DNA of 64,000 nt. Origin: Egibacteraceae bacterium (GTDB lineage: Bacteria > Actinomycetota > Nitriliruptoria > Euzebyales > Egibacteraceae). The stretch's first letter is position 1. Every line of letters begins with the position of its first letter. The stretch lies in contig JAWOAS010000138.1 of the NCBI GenBank assembly GCA_046498405.1, positions 13,888 through 77,887 on the forward strand. Direction: 5' to 3'. The position numbers and the translations under genes are program-made. Shown here in pieces: positions 29,682 to 40,868 of the stretch. A model generated the notes under the pieces. That model saw nothing but the letters and a program-made list of their open reading frames with translations. It made no database searches and was not told the DNA's origin.

Positions 29682-29780
29682 TCAGAGGACGGGAGCGACG
29701 GCGAGGGTGAGGACCATCGCCCCGGCGACGAGCGCCACGATGGCGATGACGACACCGCGTTGGCGCTTGGGAGACATCAT
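29682..29780 (-). CDS. Putative 32-aa single-TM microprotein (MMSPKRQRGVVIAIVALVAGAMVLTLAVAPVL)
   Basis: Below the ORF-track size cutoff. Its ATG overlaps the DUF77 stop (ATGA), and its TGA lies 4 nt before the Nudix GTG. GC3 is 28/32 by hand count, and the sequence has a basic N-terminus followed by a clean hydrophobic helix. Confidence 0.45.
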   Translation of the reverse strand: MMSPKRQRGVVIAIVALVAGAMVLTLAVAPVL

Positions 29781-30088
29781 GGTTCGCCACGCTCCTCCAT
29801 GGCCTGCTCGAGGCTCGCGAGCTTCGCCTCGCGGTCCTGGCTCGGCTTGTCATTGCGGACGTCGTACTTCGCGGTGATCGACACGCGGTCGGTCGTGGCG
29901 AGCACGGCGTCGCAAGCGGCGCGAAGCGCCGTCTGGCACTCCTCCCAGGAGCCCTCCACCAAGGTACCCGAGGCGTCGGTCGTACAGCGCACGCCCGTGG
30001 CCCGCACCGCGGCGACGGCGGTCGCGACCTCGGCGGAGACGCTCGCCGAGGCGGTGCCGACCGGGGTGACGGAGAACCACAGGTGCAT
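29777..30088 (-). CDS. MTH1187/YkoF-like (DUF77, thiamine-binding-protein family) small protein
   Basis: ATG at 30088 follows AGGAGGG. 103 aa starting MHLWFSVTPVGT, with a ferredoxin-like pattern typical of UPF0045/DUF77. Confidence 0.75.
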   Translation of the reverse strand: MHLWFSVTPVGTASASVSAEVATAVAAVRATGVRCTTDASGTLVEGSWEECQTALRAACDAVLATTDRVSITAKYDVRNDKPSQDREAKLASLEQAMEERGEP

Positions 30089-30134
30089 GGCGCCCTCCTG
30101 CGTCGCGCGGCGCGTGAACGGGTAGGACCCCGGC

Positions 30135-30614
30135 ATGCCGAGGGACACGCCGCTGCACACCATCATGACGCCGCAGGTCATCACTGTCCGCCCGGAGATG
30201 CCGATCGAGGACGCCGCCGCGCTGCTCGCCGACAACGGGATCTCCGGCGCCCCGGTCGTCGACGCGGCGGGCCGGCCCCTCGGACTCCTCGATGACACCG
30301 ACCTCATCACCTCGAGCGCGCGGCTCGACGCGCCGACGACGCTCCACCTCCTCGGCGCCTACCTGCCCCTGCCCGGAGAGCAGCGACGCTTCAGCGAGGA
30401 GCTCCAGCACGCCCTCGCCCAGACCGTCGGCGAGGTCATGCGCGAGGACCTGCCGACGCTCGGGCCCGACGACACCGTCGAGGATGCCGCGACGATCATG
30501 ACCCGCCAGCGGGTCGGGCGCGTCGCCATCGTCGACGAGCACCACGCGATCGTCGGCATCGTCACGCGCACCGACCTCATCGAGGGCATGGTCGGGGGCC
30601 AGGAGTCCCGCTGA
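30135..30614 (+). CDS. CBS-pair domain protein
   Basis: Two CBS repeats ([34 protein letters not shown] and [34 protein letters not shown]). Confidence 0.85.
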   Translation: MPRDTPLHTIMTPQVITVRPEMPIEDAAALLADNGISGAPVVDAAGRPLGLLDDTDLITSSARLDAPTTLHLLGAYLPLPGEQRRFSEELQHALAQTVGEVMREDLPTLGPDDTVEDAATIMTRQRVGRVAIVDEHHAIVGIVTRTDLIEGMVGGQESR

Positions 30615-30750
30615 GCGCTCCGCACCGCCGCGCCGCAGCCCGGGACGGGACCGTCGGGCACCGCGTGCGGGCCGTGCGGCCGTATGCCACCACCACCCAC
30701 CGGAGAGGTTGACGCTCAGGCTGCGGCACAACCCCCGGGTGGTGAGGCCC

Positions 30751-32229
30751 ATGCGCTACGACGTGGCGATCATCGGTGCCGGCGTGGTGGGGTGCGCGAT
30801 CGCCAGAGCGCTCTCCCGCTACGAGCTCGAGGTGGTGCTCATCGAGCGAGAGCACGAGGTGGGCTTCGGCACGAGCAAGGCGAACTCGGGGATCATCCAC
30901 GCGGGCGCCCACGCCAAGCCCACCGAGGCCAAGGGACCGCTCGAGTGGGCCGGCAACCAGGCGTGGGGCCCGCTGCACGAGCAGCTCGGCTTCGGCTTCC
31001 GGCGTGTCGGCGAGCTCATCGTCGCCGTCGAGGAGGCGCAGCTCGAGATGCTCGAGACGCTCCGCAGGCAAGGCGTCGACCGGGGGGTGCCGGGCCTCGA
31101 GCTCTGGAACGGCGAGCAGGTCCGCGCCGCGGAGCCCAACGTCAGCGAGGACATCATCGCCGCGCTGTGGGCACCCACCGCCGGCGTCGTCAATCCCTAC
31201 GAGGCCACCCTCCTGCTCGCCGAGTCGGCGGCCCGCAACGGCGTGGCGATCGCCACCGACCGGAGGGTGACCGCGCTGTCCTCCGACGACGAGGGCACGT
31301 GGCGCGTCGACACCGCCGAGGGCGCGACCTACCACGCGCGCTTCGTCGTCAACGCCGCAGGCCTGCACAGCGACGAGATCGCCGTGCTCGCCGGCGTCGG
31401 GGACTTCACGATCACCCCGCGCAAGGGTGAGGAGTACCTCCTCGACAAGCGCCTGTCGGGGATCGTCTCGCGGATCATCTTCCCCTGCCCGACGCCAACG
31501 ACGAAGGGCATCCTCGTCATCCCCACCGTGGACGGGACGATCATGGTGGGCCCCACCGCCGAGGACCTCGACGACAAGACCGACACGTCGACCTCCGAGG
31601 CCGGCGCCGAGCAGATCTTCCGCTCGGTGCAGCGCCTCGTGCCCGGCATCAGCCGCAAGGACGTCATCGCGGAGTTCGCGGGCCTGCGCTCGGTCTCCTC
31701 GACGAACGACTTCATCATCGGGCCGACCGCGGCCCGGGGGTTCCTCAACGCCGCCGGCATCCAGTCGCCGGGACTGACGGCCTCGCCGGCGATCGCCGAG
31801 CAGATCGTCGGCTTCCTCGACGACGAGGGGCTCGAGCTGGCCGAGCGCGACGACTACGAGCCGACGCTGCCCCATCCGGTGCGCTTCGCCCAACAGCCGC
31901 TCGAGGAGCAGATCCGCCTCGCCGCGGCCGACCCGCGCTTCGCCCACCTCGTCTGCCGCTGCGAGCACGTCACCGAGGCGGAGGTCGTCGAGGCGATCCA
32001 CCGGGGCGCGCACACCCTCGACGGGGTGAAGTTCCGGGCGCGCTGCGGCATGGGCCGCTGCCAGGGTGGCTTCTGCACCTGGCGGGTCATCGAGCTGCTC
32101 GCGCGCGAGCTCGGCATCGACGTGACCGAGGTCACGAAGTGCGGCGGGGACAGCTGGGTCGCCGTCGAGCGCGAGGACGTCGCCGATCCCGTCGAGCTCG
32201 CGCCCGTACGCGAGGAGGTGGCGACGTGA
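30751..32229 (+). CDS. FAD-dependent oxidoreductase, GlpA/LhgO-like, with a C-terminal BFD-like [2Fe-2S] domain
   Basis: Starts [18 protein letters not shown] (dinucleotide fold). C-terminal [23 protein letters not shown]. Confidence 0.85.
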   Translation: MRYDVAIIGAGVVGCAIARALSRYELEVVLIEREHEVGFGTSKANSGIIHAGAHAKPTEAKGPLEWAGNQAWGPLHEQLGFGFRRVGELIVAVEEAQLEMLETLRRQGVDRGVPGLELWNGEQVRAAEPNVSEDIIAALWAPTAGVVNPYEATLLLAESAARNGVAIATDRRVTALSSDDEGTWRVDTAEGATYHARFVVNAAGLHSDEIAVLAGVGDFTITPRKGEEYLLDKRLSGIVSRIIFPCPTPTTKGILVIPTVDGTIMVGPTAEDLDDKTDTSTSEAGAEQIFRSVQRLVPGISRKDVIAEFAGLRSVSSTNDFIIGPTAARGFLNAAGIQSPGLTASPAIAEQIVGFLDDEGLELAERDDYEPTLPHPVRFAQQPLEEQIRLAAADPRFAHLVCRCEHVTEAEVVEAIHRGAHTLDGVKFRARCGMGRCQGGFCTWRVIELLARELGIDVTEVTKCGGDSWVAVEREDVADPVELAPVREEVAT

Positions 32230-33503
32230 TCACCGCCCAGCCACGCCAGATCGCCTCGGCCTACGACGTCGTCATCATCGGTGCGGGACCGGCCGGCCTC
32301 GCCGCGGCGCTCGGCGCCCGCGAGCAGGGGGCCGAGTCGGTCCTCATCGTCGACCGCGAGCGCGAGGCCGGCGGCATCCTCCTGCAGTGCATCCACTCGG
32401 GGTTCGGCCTGCAGTACTTCAAGGAGGAGGTCACCGGCCCGGAGTACGCCGAGCGCAGCCTCGAGGCCGCCCTCGAGCACGACGTCGACATCCTCACCGA
32501 CGCCTTCGTCATGGACCTCGCCGAGGACCGGCGCCTCGTGCTCATGTCCCCCGACCACGGCGTCGTCATCGTCCGCGCCGGCGCCGTCGTCCTCGCGATG
32601 GGCGCACGGGAGCGCACGCGCGGGGCGATCCAGATCCCCGGCACGCGCCCCGCAGGCGTGCTCACCGCAGGGCTCGCGCAGAAAATGGTCAACCTCCACG
32701 GCTACCTGCCGGGCCGTCGCGTGGTCATCCTCGGCTCGGGCGACATCGGCCTCATCATGGCGCGGCGACTCACGCTCGAGGGCGTCGAGGTCGCCGGCGT
32801 CTTCGAGATCATGCCCTACGCCAACGGTCTGGGGCGCAACATCGTCCAGTGCCTGCACGACTACGACATCCCCCTGCACCTGTCGACGACCGTCATCGAC
32901 ATCCACGGCCACGACCGCGTCGAGCGGGTCACCGTCGCGCCCGTCGACGACGACCTCACCCCCGACGCCGCCCGTGCCTGGGACATCCCCTGCGACACGC
33001 TCCTCCTGTCGGTCGGCCTCATCCCCGAGAACGAGCTCTCGCGGACCCTCGGGGTGCGCATGGACCCGCTGACCAACGGGCCCATCGTCACGAGTGCCAT
33101 GGAGACCTCGGTGCCGGGGGTCTTTGCCGCCGGCAACGTCGTGCACATCAACGACCTCGCCGACTGGGTCAGTGAGGAGGCGGTCATCGCCGGGCGCAGC
33201 GCTGCGCGGCGGGTGACCGGCAACCCCCTGCCCGCCGACAACATCCGGGTCATCCCCGGTGAGAACGTCGGCGCGGTCGTGCCGCAGTCGGTCTCCAGCG
33301 ACCGCCCCCACCGGATCTCCTTCCGCGTCAAGCGCCCGGTCCTCGAGGACGCCGTCATCACGCTCGGCGACGTGCGCCGACGCAAGGTGCGCGCCCTCGC
33401 GCCAGCGGAGATGGCGACGATCAACATCGCGCCGCGGCTGCTCGAGAGCTTCCACGGCGACGCCCTGCGGCTCGACGCCTTCCCGGCCGCCGAGGAGGGA
33501 TGA
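32226..33503 (+). CDS. NAD(P)/FAD-dependent pyridine-nucleotide-disulfide-type oxidoreductase
   Basis: GTGA overlap with the previous gene. Two Rossmann motifs ([15 protein letters not shown] and [14 protein letters not shown]). Confidence 0.85.
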   Translation: MITAQPRQIASAYDVVIIGAGPAGLAAALGAREQGAESVLIVDREREAGGILLQCIHSGFGLQYFKEEVTGPEYAERSLEAALEHDVDILTDAFVMDLAEDRRLVLMSPDHGVVIVRAGAVVLAMGARERTRGAIQIPGTRPAGVLTAGLAQKMVNLHGYLPGRRVVILGSGDIGLIMARRLTLEGVEVAGVFEIMPYANGLGRNIVQCLHDYDIPLHLSTTVIDIHGHDRVERVTVAPVDDDLTPDAARAWDIPCDTLLLSVGLIPENELSRTLGVRMDPLTNGPIVTSAMETSVPGVFAAGNVVHINDLADWVSEEAVIAGRSAARRVTGNPLPADNIRVIPGENVGAVVPQSVSSDRPHRISFRVKRPVLEDAVITLGDVRRRKVRALAPAEMATINIAPRLLESFHGDALRLDAFPAAEEG

Positions 33504-33940
33504 GCATGACGACGACGCACGAGGGCCACGAGGTCGAGACGTTCGTCTACCTCTGCACCGGTTGCCCCTTGGGTTGCAGCCTCGAGGTCGACGCCAGCGA
33601 GGAGGGCGTCCTCGAGATCCGGGGGGCGACCTGCAAGATCGGCGAGCGCTACGCCAAGCAGGAGCACACCGACCCCCGCCGGCCGGTCTCGACGACGGTG
33701 CGCCTCGACGACCCCGCCCACCCCCGGCTGCCGGTGCGGGCGGCCGCGCCGGTGCCCAAGGATCTCGTCGCACCGCTCGTCTCGCATCTGCGCGACCTCG
33801 TCGTGCACCCGCCGGTCGCCCGGGGCGACGTCATCATCGCCGACGTGCTCGGCACGGGCATCGACGTCATCGCGACGCGGTCGGTGGCCGCGGCCCCGCC
33901 GCGGGGCGCCGAGGCGAGCCTGGCCACGGCAGGGCGCTAG
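33500..33940 (+). CDS. DUF1667-domain protein (small Cys-rich subunit)
   Basis: ATGA overlap with the previous gene. CTGCPLGC..C motif near the N-terminus, and the usual third position in this three-gene flavoprotein set. Confidence 0.75.
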   Translation: MSMTTTHEGHEVETFVYLCTGCPLGCSLEVDASEEGVLEIRGATCKIGERYAKQEHTDPRRPVSTTVRLDDPAHPRLPVRAAAPVPKDLVAPLVSHLRDLVVHPPVARGDVIIADVLGTGIDVIATRSVAAAPPRGAEASLATAGR

Positions 33941-34854
33941 CCCGCGGCGGCGAGGGCCCGGCAGAGGCCGTCGAGGAGGTCGCGCTCGCTGACGACGACC
34001 TCCTCGAAGCCTCCCCAGGCCATGACGCGCTCGAGGATGAGCGCCCCGGCGGCCAGCACGTCCTCGCGCCCCGGTGCCACCGGCCCCAGGCTCGCGATCC
34101 GCGCGGCGGTGCTCGCGCCCAGCTCGGCGAGCAGCCGCTCGGCGTCGGCACGCCCGAGCGCGGTGGCGTGGATCGCCCCGGGGTCGTAGGCCTCGAGGCC
34201 GAGGTGGAGGGCGGCCAGCGTCGTCGCGGTGCCGGCCACCGCCACGAGCGACTGGGCCCGGGCCGGGTCGAGGCGGCGGGCGACCTCGGCGAGCTCGCCG
34301 TCGACGAGCCGCGCGGCGGCTGACAGGGCCGCCGGCGACGGCGGGTCGTCGCGCAACAGGCGCTCGGTCAGGCGCACCGACCCGATCTGGCGGCTTTCGG
34401 AGACCTCCGGGCGCGCGCGGCCGAGGATGAGCTCGGTCGAGCCGCCGCCGATGTCGAGGACGAGCGCGGGCCGCGCCGGGTCGACCCCGGCGACCGCGCC
34501 GTCGAAGGCCAGGGCCGCCTCCTCGTCGCCGTCGAGGACGTCGGGCCGCACGCCGCTGGCGGCCTCGACCGCGTCGTGGAAGGCCGTGCGGTCGGCGACG
34601 TCACGCACGGCGCTCGTGGCCACGACCGCGACGCGCTCGCAGCCCAGGGCCCGCCAGCGCGCGGCGTAGCCGCCGATGACCTCGGCGGTGCGGGCGACCG
34701 CCTCGGGGCGCAGCCGCCCGACCCGATCGACGCCCTGACCCAGGCGGGTGGTCACCGCGTCGCGGTCGCGCCACACCGTCGTGCCGTCGACGACGTCGGC
34801 GACGAGCAGGCGCGTCGAGTTCGTCCCGCAGTCGACCGCGGCGACGCGGGTCAT
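33937..34854 (-). CDS. ppx: Ppx/GppA-family phosphatase (exopolyphosphatase-like)
   Basis: Starts MTRVAAVDCGTNSTRLLVA (ASKHA-fold phosphate-1 motif), with DIGGGSTE further on. The stop overlaps the convergent DUF1667 stop (CTAG). Confidence 0.85.
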   Translation of the reverse strand: MTRVAAVDCGTNSTRLLVADVVDGTTVWRDRDAVTTRLGQGVDRVGRLRPEAVARTAEVIGGYAARWRALGCERVAVVATSAVRDVADRTAFHDAVEAASGVRPDVLDGDEEAALAFDGAVAGVDPARPALVLDIGGGSTELILGRARPEVSESRQIGSVRLTERLLRDDPPSPAALSAAARLVDGELAEVARRLDPARAQSLVAVAGTATTLAALHLGLEAYDPGAIHATALGRADAERLLAELGASTAARIASLGPVAPGREDVLAAGALILERVMAWGGFEEVVVSERDLLDGLCRALAAAG

Positions 34855-34882
34855 CGGCGGCCCACCGCCGTGAGGCGGTCGC

Positions 34883-35440
34883 TCACCGCCACCCGCCGCC
34901 GTCGGCGGTCACGCACGGCCCGGGACAGGCCATCGGCTCGAGGCGCTCGCCGACCCACGCCCCGAGCGGGTTGTCCTCGGTGGCGAGGTGGTGGGCGTAG
35001 AGCGCGTGGAGGCACTTCACGCGCCCGGGCATGCCCCCGGCGGAGGGGTCACCGGGCACCGGCGGGCCGAGACCGTCCCGGAAGGCCACGTAGCGCTCGT
35101 GGGCGCCGCGGTGGGCCTCGGCGAGCTCGGGGTCGGCGGTGACGCGCTCGCTGAGGTCGACCATGACCCCCGAGGCTTCGAGGGTGCCGACGTGCTTGGC
35201 GGCCAGCGGGCAGGCCAGCCAGAACGTCGTCGGGAACGGGTTGCCGTCCTCGAGCGCCGGGTCGACGCGCAGCACCGCCGGCAGGCCGAAGGCGCAGCGC
35301 ACCGCCGCGGCCGGGCGGCCACGTGCCGGTCGCCCGAGCATCCGGGCCACGAGGTCGGTCTCGGCGCCGTCGAGCGCGGGGCGGCGCGCCTGCGCCTCGT
35401 ACGACGCGTCGGGGGCGGGGCGGAGCGCATCGTCGGTCAT
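34883..35440 (-). CDS. DUF501-domain protein
   Basis: RCAFGLPAVLRV..PFPTTFWLACP is as I remember DUF501, and the gene holds the syntenic position between ppx and the ftsB-like gene. ATG at 35440 chosen (TTG at 35449 and GTG at 35443 are also possible). Confidence 0.75.
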   Translation of the reverse strand: MTDDALRPAPDASYEAQARRPALDGAETDLVARMLGRPARGRPAAAVRCAFGLPAVLRVDPALEDGNPFPTTFWLACPLAAKHVGTLEASGVMVDLSERVTADPELAEAHRGAHERYVAFRDGLGPPVPGDPSAGGMPGRVKCLHALYAHHLATEDNPLGAWVGERLEPMACPGPCVTADGGGWR

Positions 35441-35524
35441 CACCGGCAAGCCTCGCGCGCCACGCGTCGACCGGCAAGCCGGGGCCAGGACGTCAGCGAC
35501 CGGCGCGGGCGCGCCCCACCGGCC

Positions 35525-36157
35525 TCAGTCGAGGTGGACCTCGAGGCTGGGATCGGCAAGCCGCGCGGCGACGATCGCGAGGTGCTCGGGGTGGGTCCGC
35601 CCCTCAGACAGCGGCGGCGGGGCGGCGGGGTCGAAGAAGCCGGCCTCGAGCGTCTCGACGCCGTCGGCGCGGGGCTCGGCGCCGGGCTCGCGCTCCTCGC
35701 AGGCGATGAGGAGCTTGTAGATGCGGAACGGCAGCGGTGGCGCCGGGCGACGCTCCCGGTCGACGACGGCGAGCAGGCGGGTGGCGCGGACCGCGAGACC
35801 CGCCTCCTCGGCGAGCTCGCGCTCGACGGCCCCGCGGGGCTCGTCGGTCATGTCGGCCCAGCCGCCGGGCAGCGTCCACCCGCCGTCGACGGCCTCGCGC
35901 ACGAGCAGGATGCGCCGGCCGCGGGCCAGCACCCCCCGGACGTCGACCTTCGGCGTGGCGTAGCCCCGCTCCGCGCGGAGCAGCTCGGCGAGCTCGGCGA
36001 CGTCGGCGTCGGACTCCGCGGCGAGCAGCTCGGCGGCCAGGCGCTGCACCGCCTCGTAGCGCCCCACGTCGAAGCCCTCGGCGTAGTGCAGCCCGGTCTG
36101 GGCGATCGCGGCCAGACGCCGTCCCCAGTCGAGGTGCCGCGGGTCGCGCCCGCTCAC
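35525..36157 (-). CDS. NUDIX hydrolase with an N-terminal helper domain
   Basis: GTGA overlap with the GNAT gene. Nudix box GGWADMTDEPRGAVERELAEEAGL, preceded by a helical N-terminal region (LAAIAQTGLHYAE). Confidence 0.8.
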   Translation of the reverse strand: MSGRDPRHLDWGRRLAAIAQTGLHYAEGFDVGRYEAVQRLAAELLAAESDADVAELAELLRAERGYATPKVDVRGVLARGRRILLVREAVDGGWTLPGGWADMTDEPRGAVERELAEEAGLAVRATRLLAVVDRERRPAPPLPFRIYKLLIACEEREPGAEPRADGVETLEAGFFDPAAPPPLSEGRTHPEHLAIVAARLADPSLEVHLD

Positions 36158-36594
36158 GTGCGCCGCATCGGCACGTGGGGGATACCGTCCTCAAGGTAGC
36201 CGGGACCGCTGACGACGAAGCCGAAGCGCGCGTAGTAGACCTCGAGATGGGCCTGGGCCGAGAGCTCGGTGGGGGGCCGGCTGCGTGCGAGCGCGTGCTC
36301 GATGAGCCTGCCGGCGAGCCCGCGCCCGCGGGCGTGCGCCGCGGTGCAGACCCGGCCGATCCGCGAGCCCCGCTCCCCCTCGTCGAGCAGCCGCAGGTAG
36401 GCCACCGGACCGGCGCCCTCATCGACCCAGACATGCCGGGTGGTCGGCTCGAGGTCGCGGCCGTCGAGCTCGGGGTAGGGGCAGGCCTGCTCGACGACGA
36501 ACACCGCGACGCGCAGGGCGAGGAGGCCGTAGAGCGTGGCCGCGTCGACCTCCCCGGCCCCCGCGGTCCGCACCGCGGGCGTGGCGGTGCTCAC
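36154..36594 (-). CDS. GNAT-family N-acetyltransferase (ElaA-like)
   Basis: GTGA overlap with the ftsB-like gene. RVAVFVVEQACPYPELDG and the acetyl-CoA loop RGRGLAGRLI. Confidence 0.8.
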   Translation of the reverse strand: MSTATPAVRTAGAGEVDAATLYGLLALRVAVFVVEQACPYPELDGRDLEPTTRHVWVDEGAGPVAYLRLLDEGERGSRIGRVCTAAHARGRGLAGRLIEHALARSRPPTELSAQAHLEVYYARFGFVVSGPGYLEDGIPHVPMRRT

Positions 36595-37031
36595 CCGCCC
36601 GCCCCCACGAGCTCGCCGAGCCAGCGGCCCAGCCGGCGGTACCAGGCGTCGTCGGCCGGTGGCTCGTCGTCGCGCGCCGCCGGCAGGGTCGGGTCGGGCT
36701 CGGGACGGGCGACGACGTAGGGCTCCTCGCCGGGCATGACGAGGCCGAGCTCGGAGCGGGCGAGCAGCTCGACCTCCTCGGGGTCCTCGAGATCGGCGAC
36801 GCGATCCTCGAGGTCCTCGACCTCCGTGGCGTAGCCGTCCCGGGCCCGCTCGAGGGCGTCGAGGCGGTCCGCCGCCGCGGTGTAGACCTGCAGCGGTCCG
36901 AGCGCCATCGCCCCGATGAGCAGGACGAGGGCGACGAGGGCGAGGACGTAGGGCCGGTCGCCCGCCGTCAGCGTCCGCCACACCCGGCCGCGAGGCCGGG
37001 GGCGAGGGCGCTGGGCGGCACGACCGGCCAT
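36591..37031 (-). CDS. Septum-formation initiator family protein (FtsB/DivIC-like)
   Basis: Basic N-terminus, one TM helix (YVLALVALVLLIGAMAL), a short coiled coil, and SELGLVMPGEEPYVV. Sits directly downstream of eno, as in other actinobacteria. Confidence 0.75.
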   Translation of the reverse strand: MAGRAAQRPRPRPRGRVWRTLTAGDRPYVLALVALVLLIGAMALGPLQVYTAAADRLDALERARDGYATEVEDLEDRVADLEDPEEVELLARSELGLVMPGEEPYVVARPEPDPTLPAARDDEPPADDAWYRRLGRWLGELVGAGG

Positions 37032-37037
37032 CGCCGC

Positions 37038-39574
<2,537 letters not shown>

Positions 39575-39691
39575 CTCTGCTGCCCTCCTCATCACATGGG
39601 TTGGCCAGCACGCTAGCGCGCCGGGTGCTGCGAGGAAAGCGCGCCCGCCTGCCGGGCCAGACCACGCGTACCCTGCCGAGCGGGGCCTCGC

Positions 39692-40867
39692 TCAGGCTCG
39701 GCGGCCCTCGACCCCCTCACGGAGTCGACGGGCGTGGGTGCGCAACGCGGACTCCGGGTCGATGTCAGCCTGGCGCGCGAGCGCGACCGCGGCGGCGAGC
39801 AGTTCGCCGACCGCGTCGTGGGCTGACGCGCCGGCCGGCGCGTCGCCGGGGGCGTCCGGGCGGTCGCCGGCAGCGTCCGGGCCACTGCCGGCAGCGTCCG
39901 GGCCACCGCCGGCAGCGTCGGGGCCACCGCCGGCAGCGTCCGGGCCACCGCCGGGCGGCTCGGTCGACGCCAGCGCCGCGAGCGCACGCCCTGCGGCCCC
40001 GCCCGGCCCCTCCGCGGCGAAGGGATCGGCGCCGGCCTTGCGGGCCCGCCGCAGGTAGGCGTCGACGAGCTGCAGCGCGGGCTGGCTGGCTGGCACGCCG
40101 TCGAAGGGGCCCTGCCGCTCCGGCTTCTCCTCGGCCTTGAGCGCCTCCCAGTTGCGGGTGACCTCCTCGGCGTCGGCGACGTCGACGTCGGCGAAGACGT
40201 GCGGGTGGCGGCGGACGAGCTTGTCGGCGATCCCACCGGCGACGTCGTCGATGTCGAAGGCGCCCTCGTCGGCGGCGATCTGCGCGTGGAAGACGACCTG
40301 GAGCAGGACGTCGCCGAGCTCCTCCTGGATCGCCGCGGGCTCGCCTGCGGCGATGGCCTCAAGGAGCTCGTAGACCTCCTCGATGGCGTAGCGGCCGAGG
40401 GACTCGTGGGTCTGCTCGAGGTCCCACGGGCAGCCGCCGGGGCCGCGCAGCCGCTGCTCGACGGCCACGAGCTCGAGCAGGCGCACGCCGGTGGGCGCGA
40501 CGCCGAAGTAGACGACCTCGATCTCGACGCCGCGGCGGGCGGCCTCGAGGCCGAGGGCGCGCGTCAGCGCCTCGTCCTCGCCGGGGCCGAAGAGGTAGGC
40601 CAGCTCGCCGACCTCCTCGGCGCGGTCGAGCGCCGAGCGCGCGCGGGCCTCGGCCTCGGGCGCCAGGCCGGCGAGGTCGACCCCGGCCAGCGAGCGCGGC
40701 TCGGCGAGGACCTCGTAGGCGAGCCCCGCCGCGTCGAGATGCGCGAGGAAGGGGTGGTCGCCACGGCCGAGCAGGACGAGGTCGCTGGCCACGAGCGCCG
40801 ACCAGCCGTGCAGCGGCAGCAGCCCCGGCAGCGCGTCGCTCGTGTCGACGAGGACGAGCCTGGCCAC
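39692..40867 (-). CDS. mazG: MazG-family nucleoside triphosphate pyrophosphohydrolase with an N-terminal methylase-like remnant domain
   Basis: The GTG at 40867 lies directly after the PPIase stop. MazG core CPWDLEQTHESL..EEVYELLEAI..ELGDVLLQVVFHAQIA..KLVRRHPHVF. It contains an internal heptapeptide repeat. Confidence 0.85.
   Translation of the reverse strand: MARLVLVDTSDALPGLLPLHGWSALVASDLVLLGRGDHPFLAHLDAAGLAYEVLAEPRSLAGVDLAGLAPEAEARARSALDRAEEVGELAYLFGPGEDEALTRALGLEAARRGVEIEVVYFGVAPTGVRLLELVAVEQRLRGPGGCPWDLEQTHESLGRYAIEEVYELLEAIAAGEPAAIQEELGDVLLQVVFHAQIAADEGAFDIDDVAGGIADKLVRRHPHVFADVDVADAEEVTRNWEALKAEEKPERQGPFDGVPASQPALQLVDAYLRRARKAGADPFAAEGPGGAAGRALAALASTEPPGGGPDAAGGGPDAAGGGPDAAGSGPDAAGDRPDAPGDAPAGASAHDAVGELLAAAVALARQADIDPESALRTHARRLREGVEGRRA
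39845..39949. repeat. 21-bp in-frame tandem repeat inside mazG (4 near-perfect copies plus 1 degenerate copy)
   Basis: Unit GCCGGCAGCGTCCGGGCCACC at 39866, 39887, 39908 and 39929, with a degenerate copy at 39845. It encodes (GGPDAAG)n on the minus strand. Confidence 0.9.
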
Positions 40868-40868
40868 C

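Noticed and set aside
29678-29755. Longer N-terminus for the Nudix::YjeF_N protein (GTG at 29755)
   Set aside because: That extension translates to Ser/Pro/Trp-rich SSSPSWRSSPGRWSSPSPSLPSS, typical of an off-frame reading. The overlapping frame gives a clean TM microprotein with higher GC3 and an ATGA junction to DUF77.
30089-30134. TPP riboswitch upstream of the DUF77 (thiamine-binding-family) gene
   Set aside because: Only 46 nt separate it from the divergent CBS gene, which is too short for a THI element, and I saw no CUGAGA-type core.
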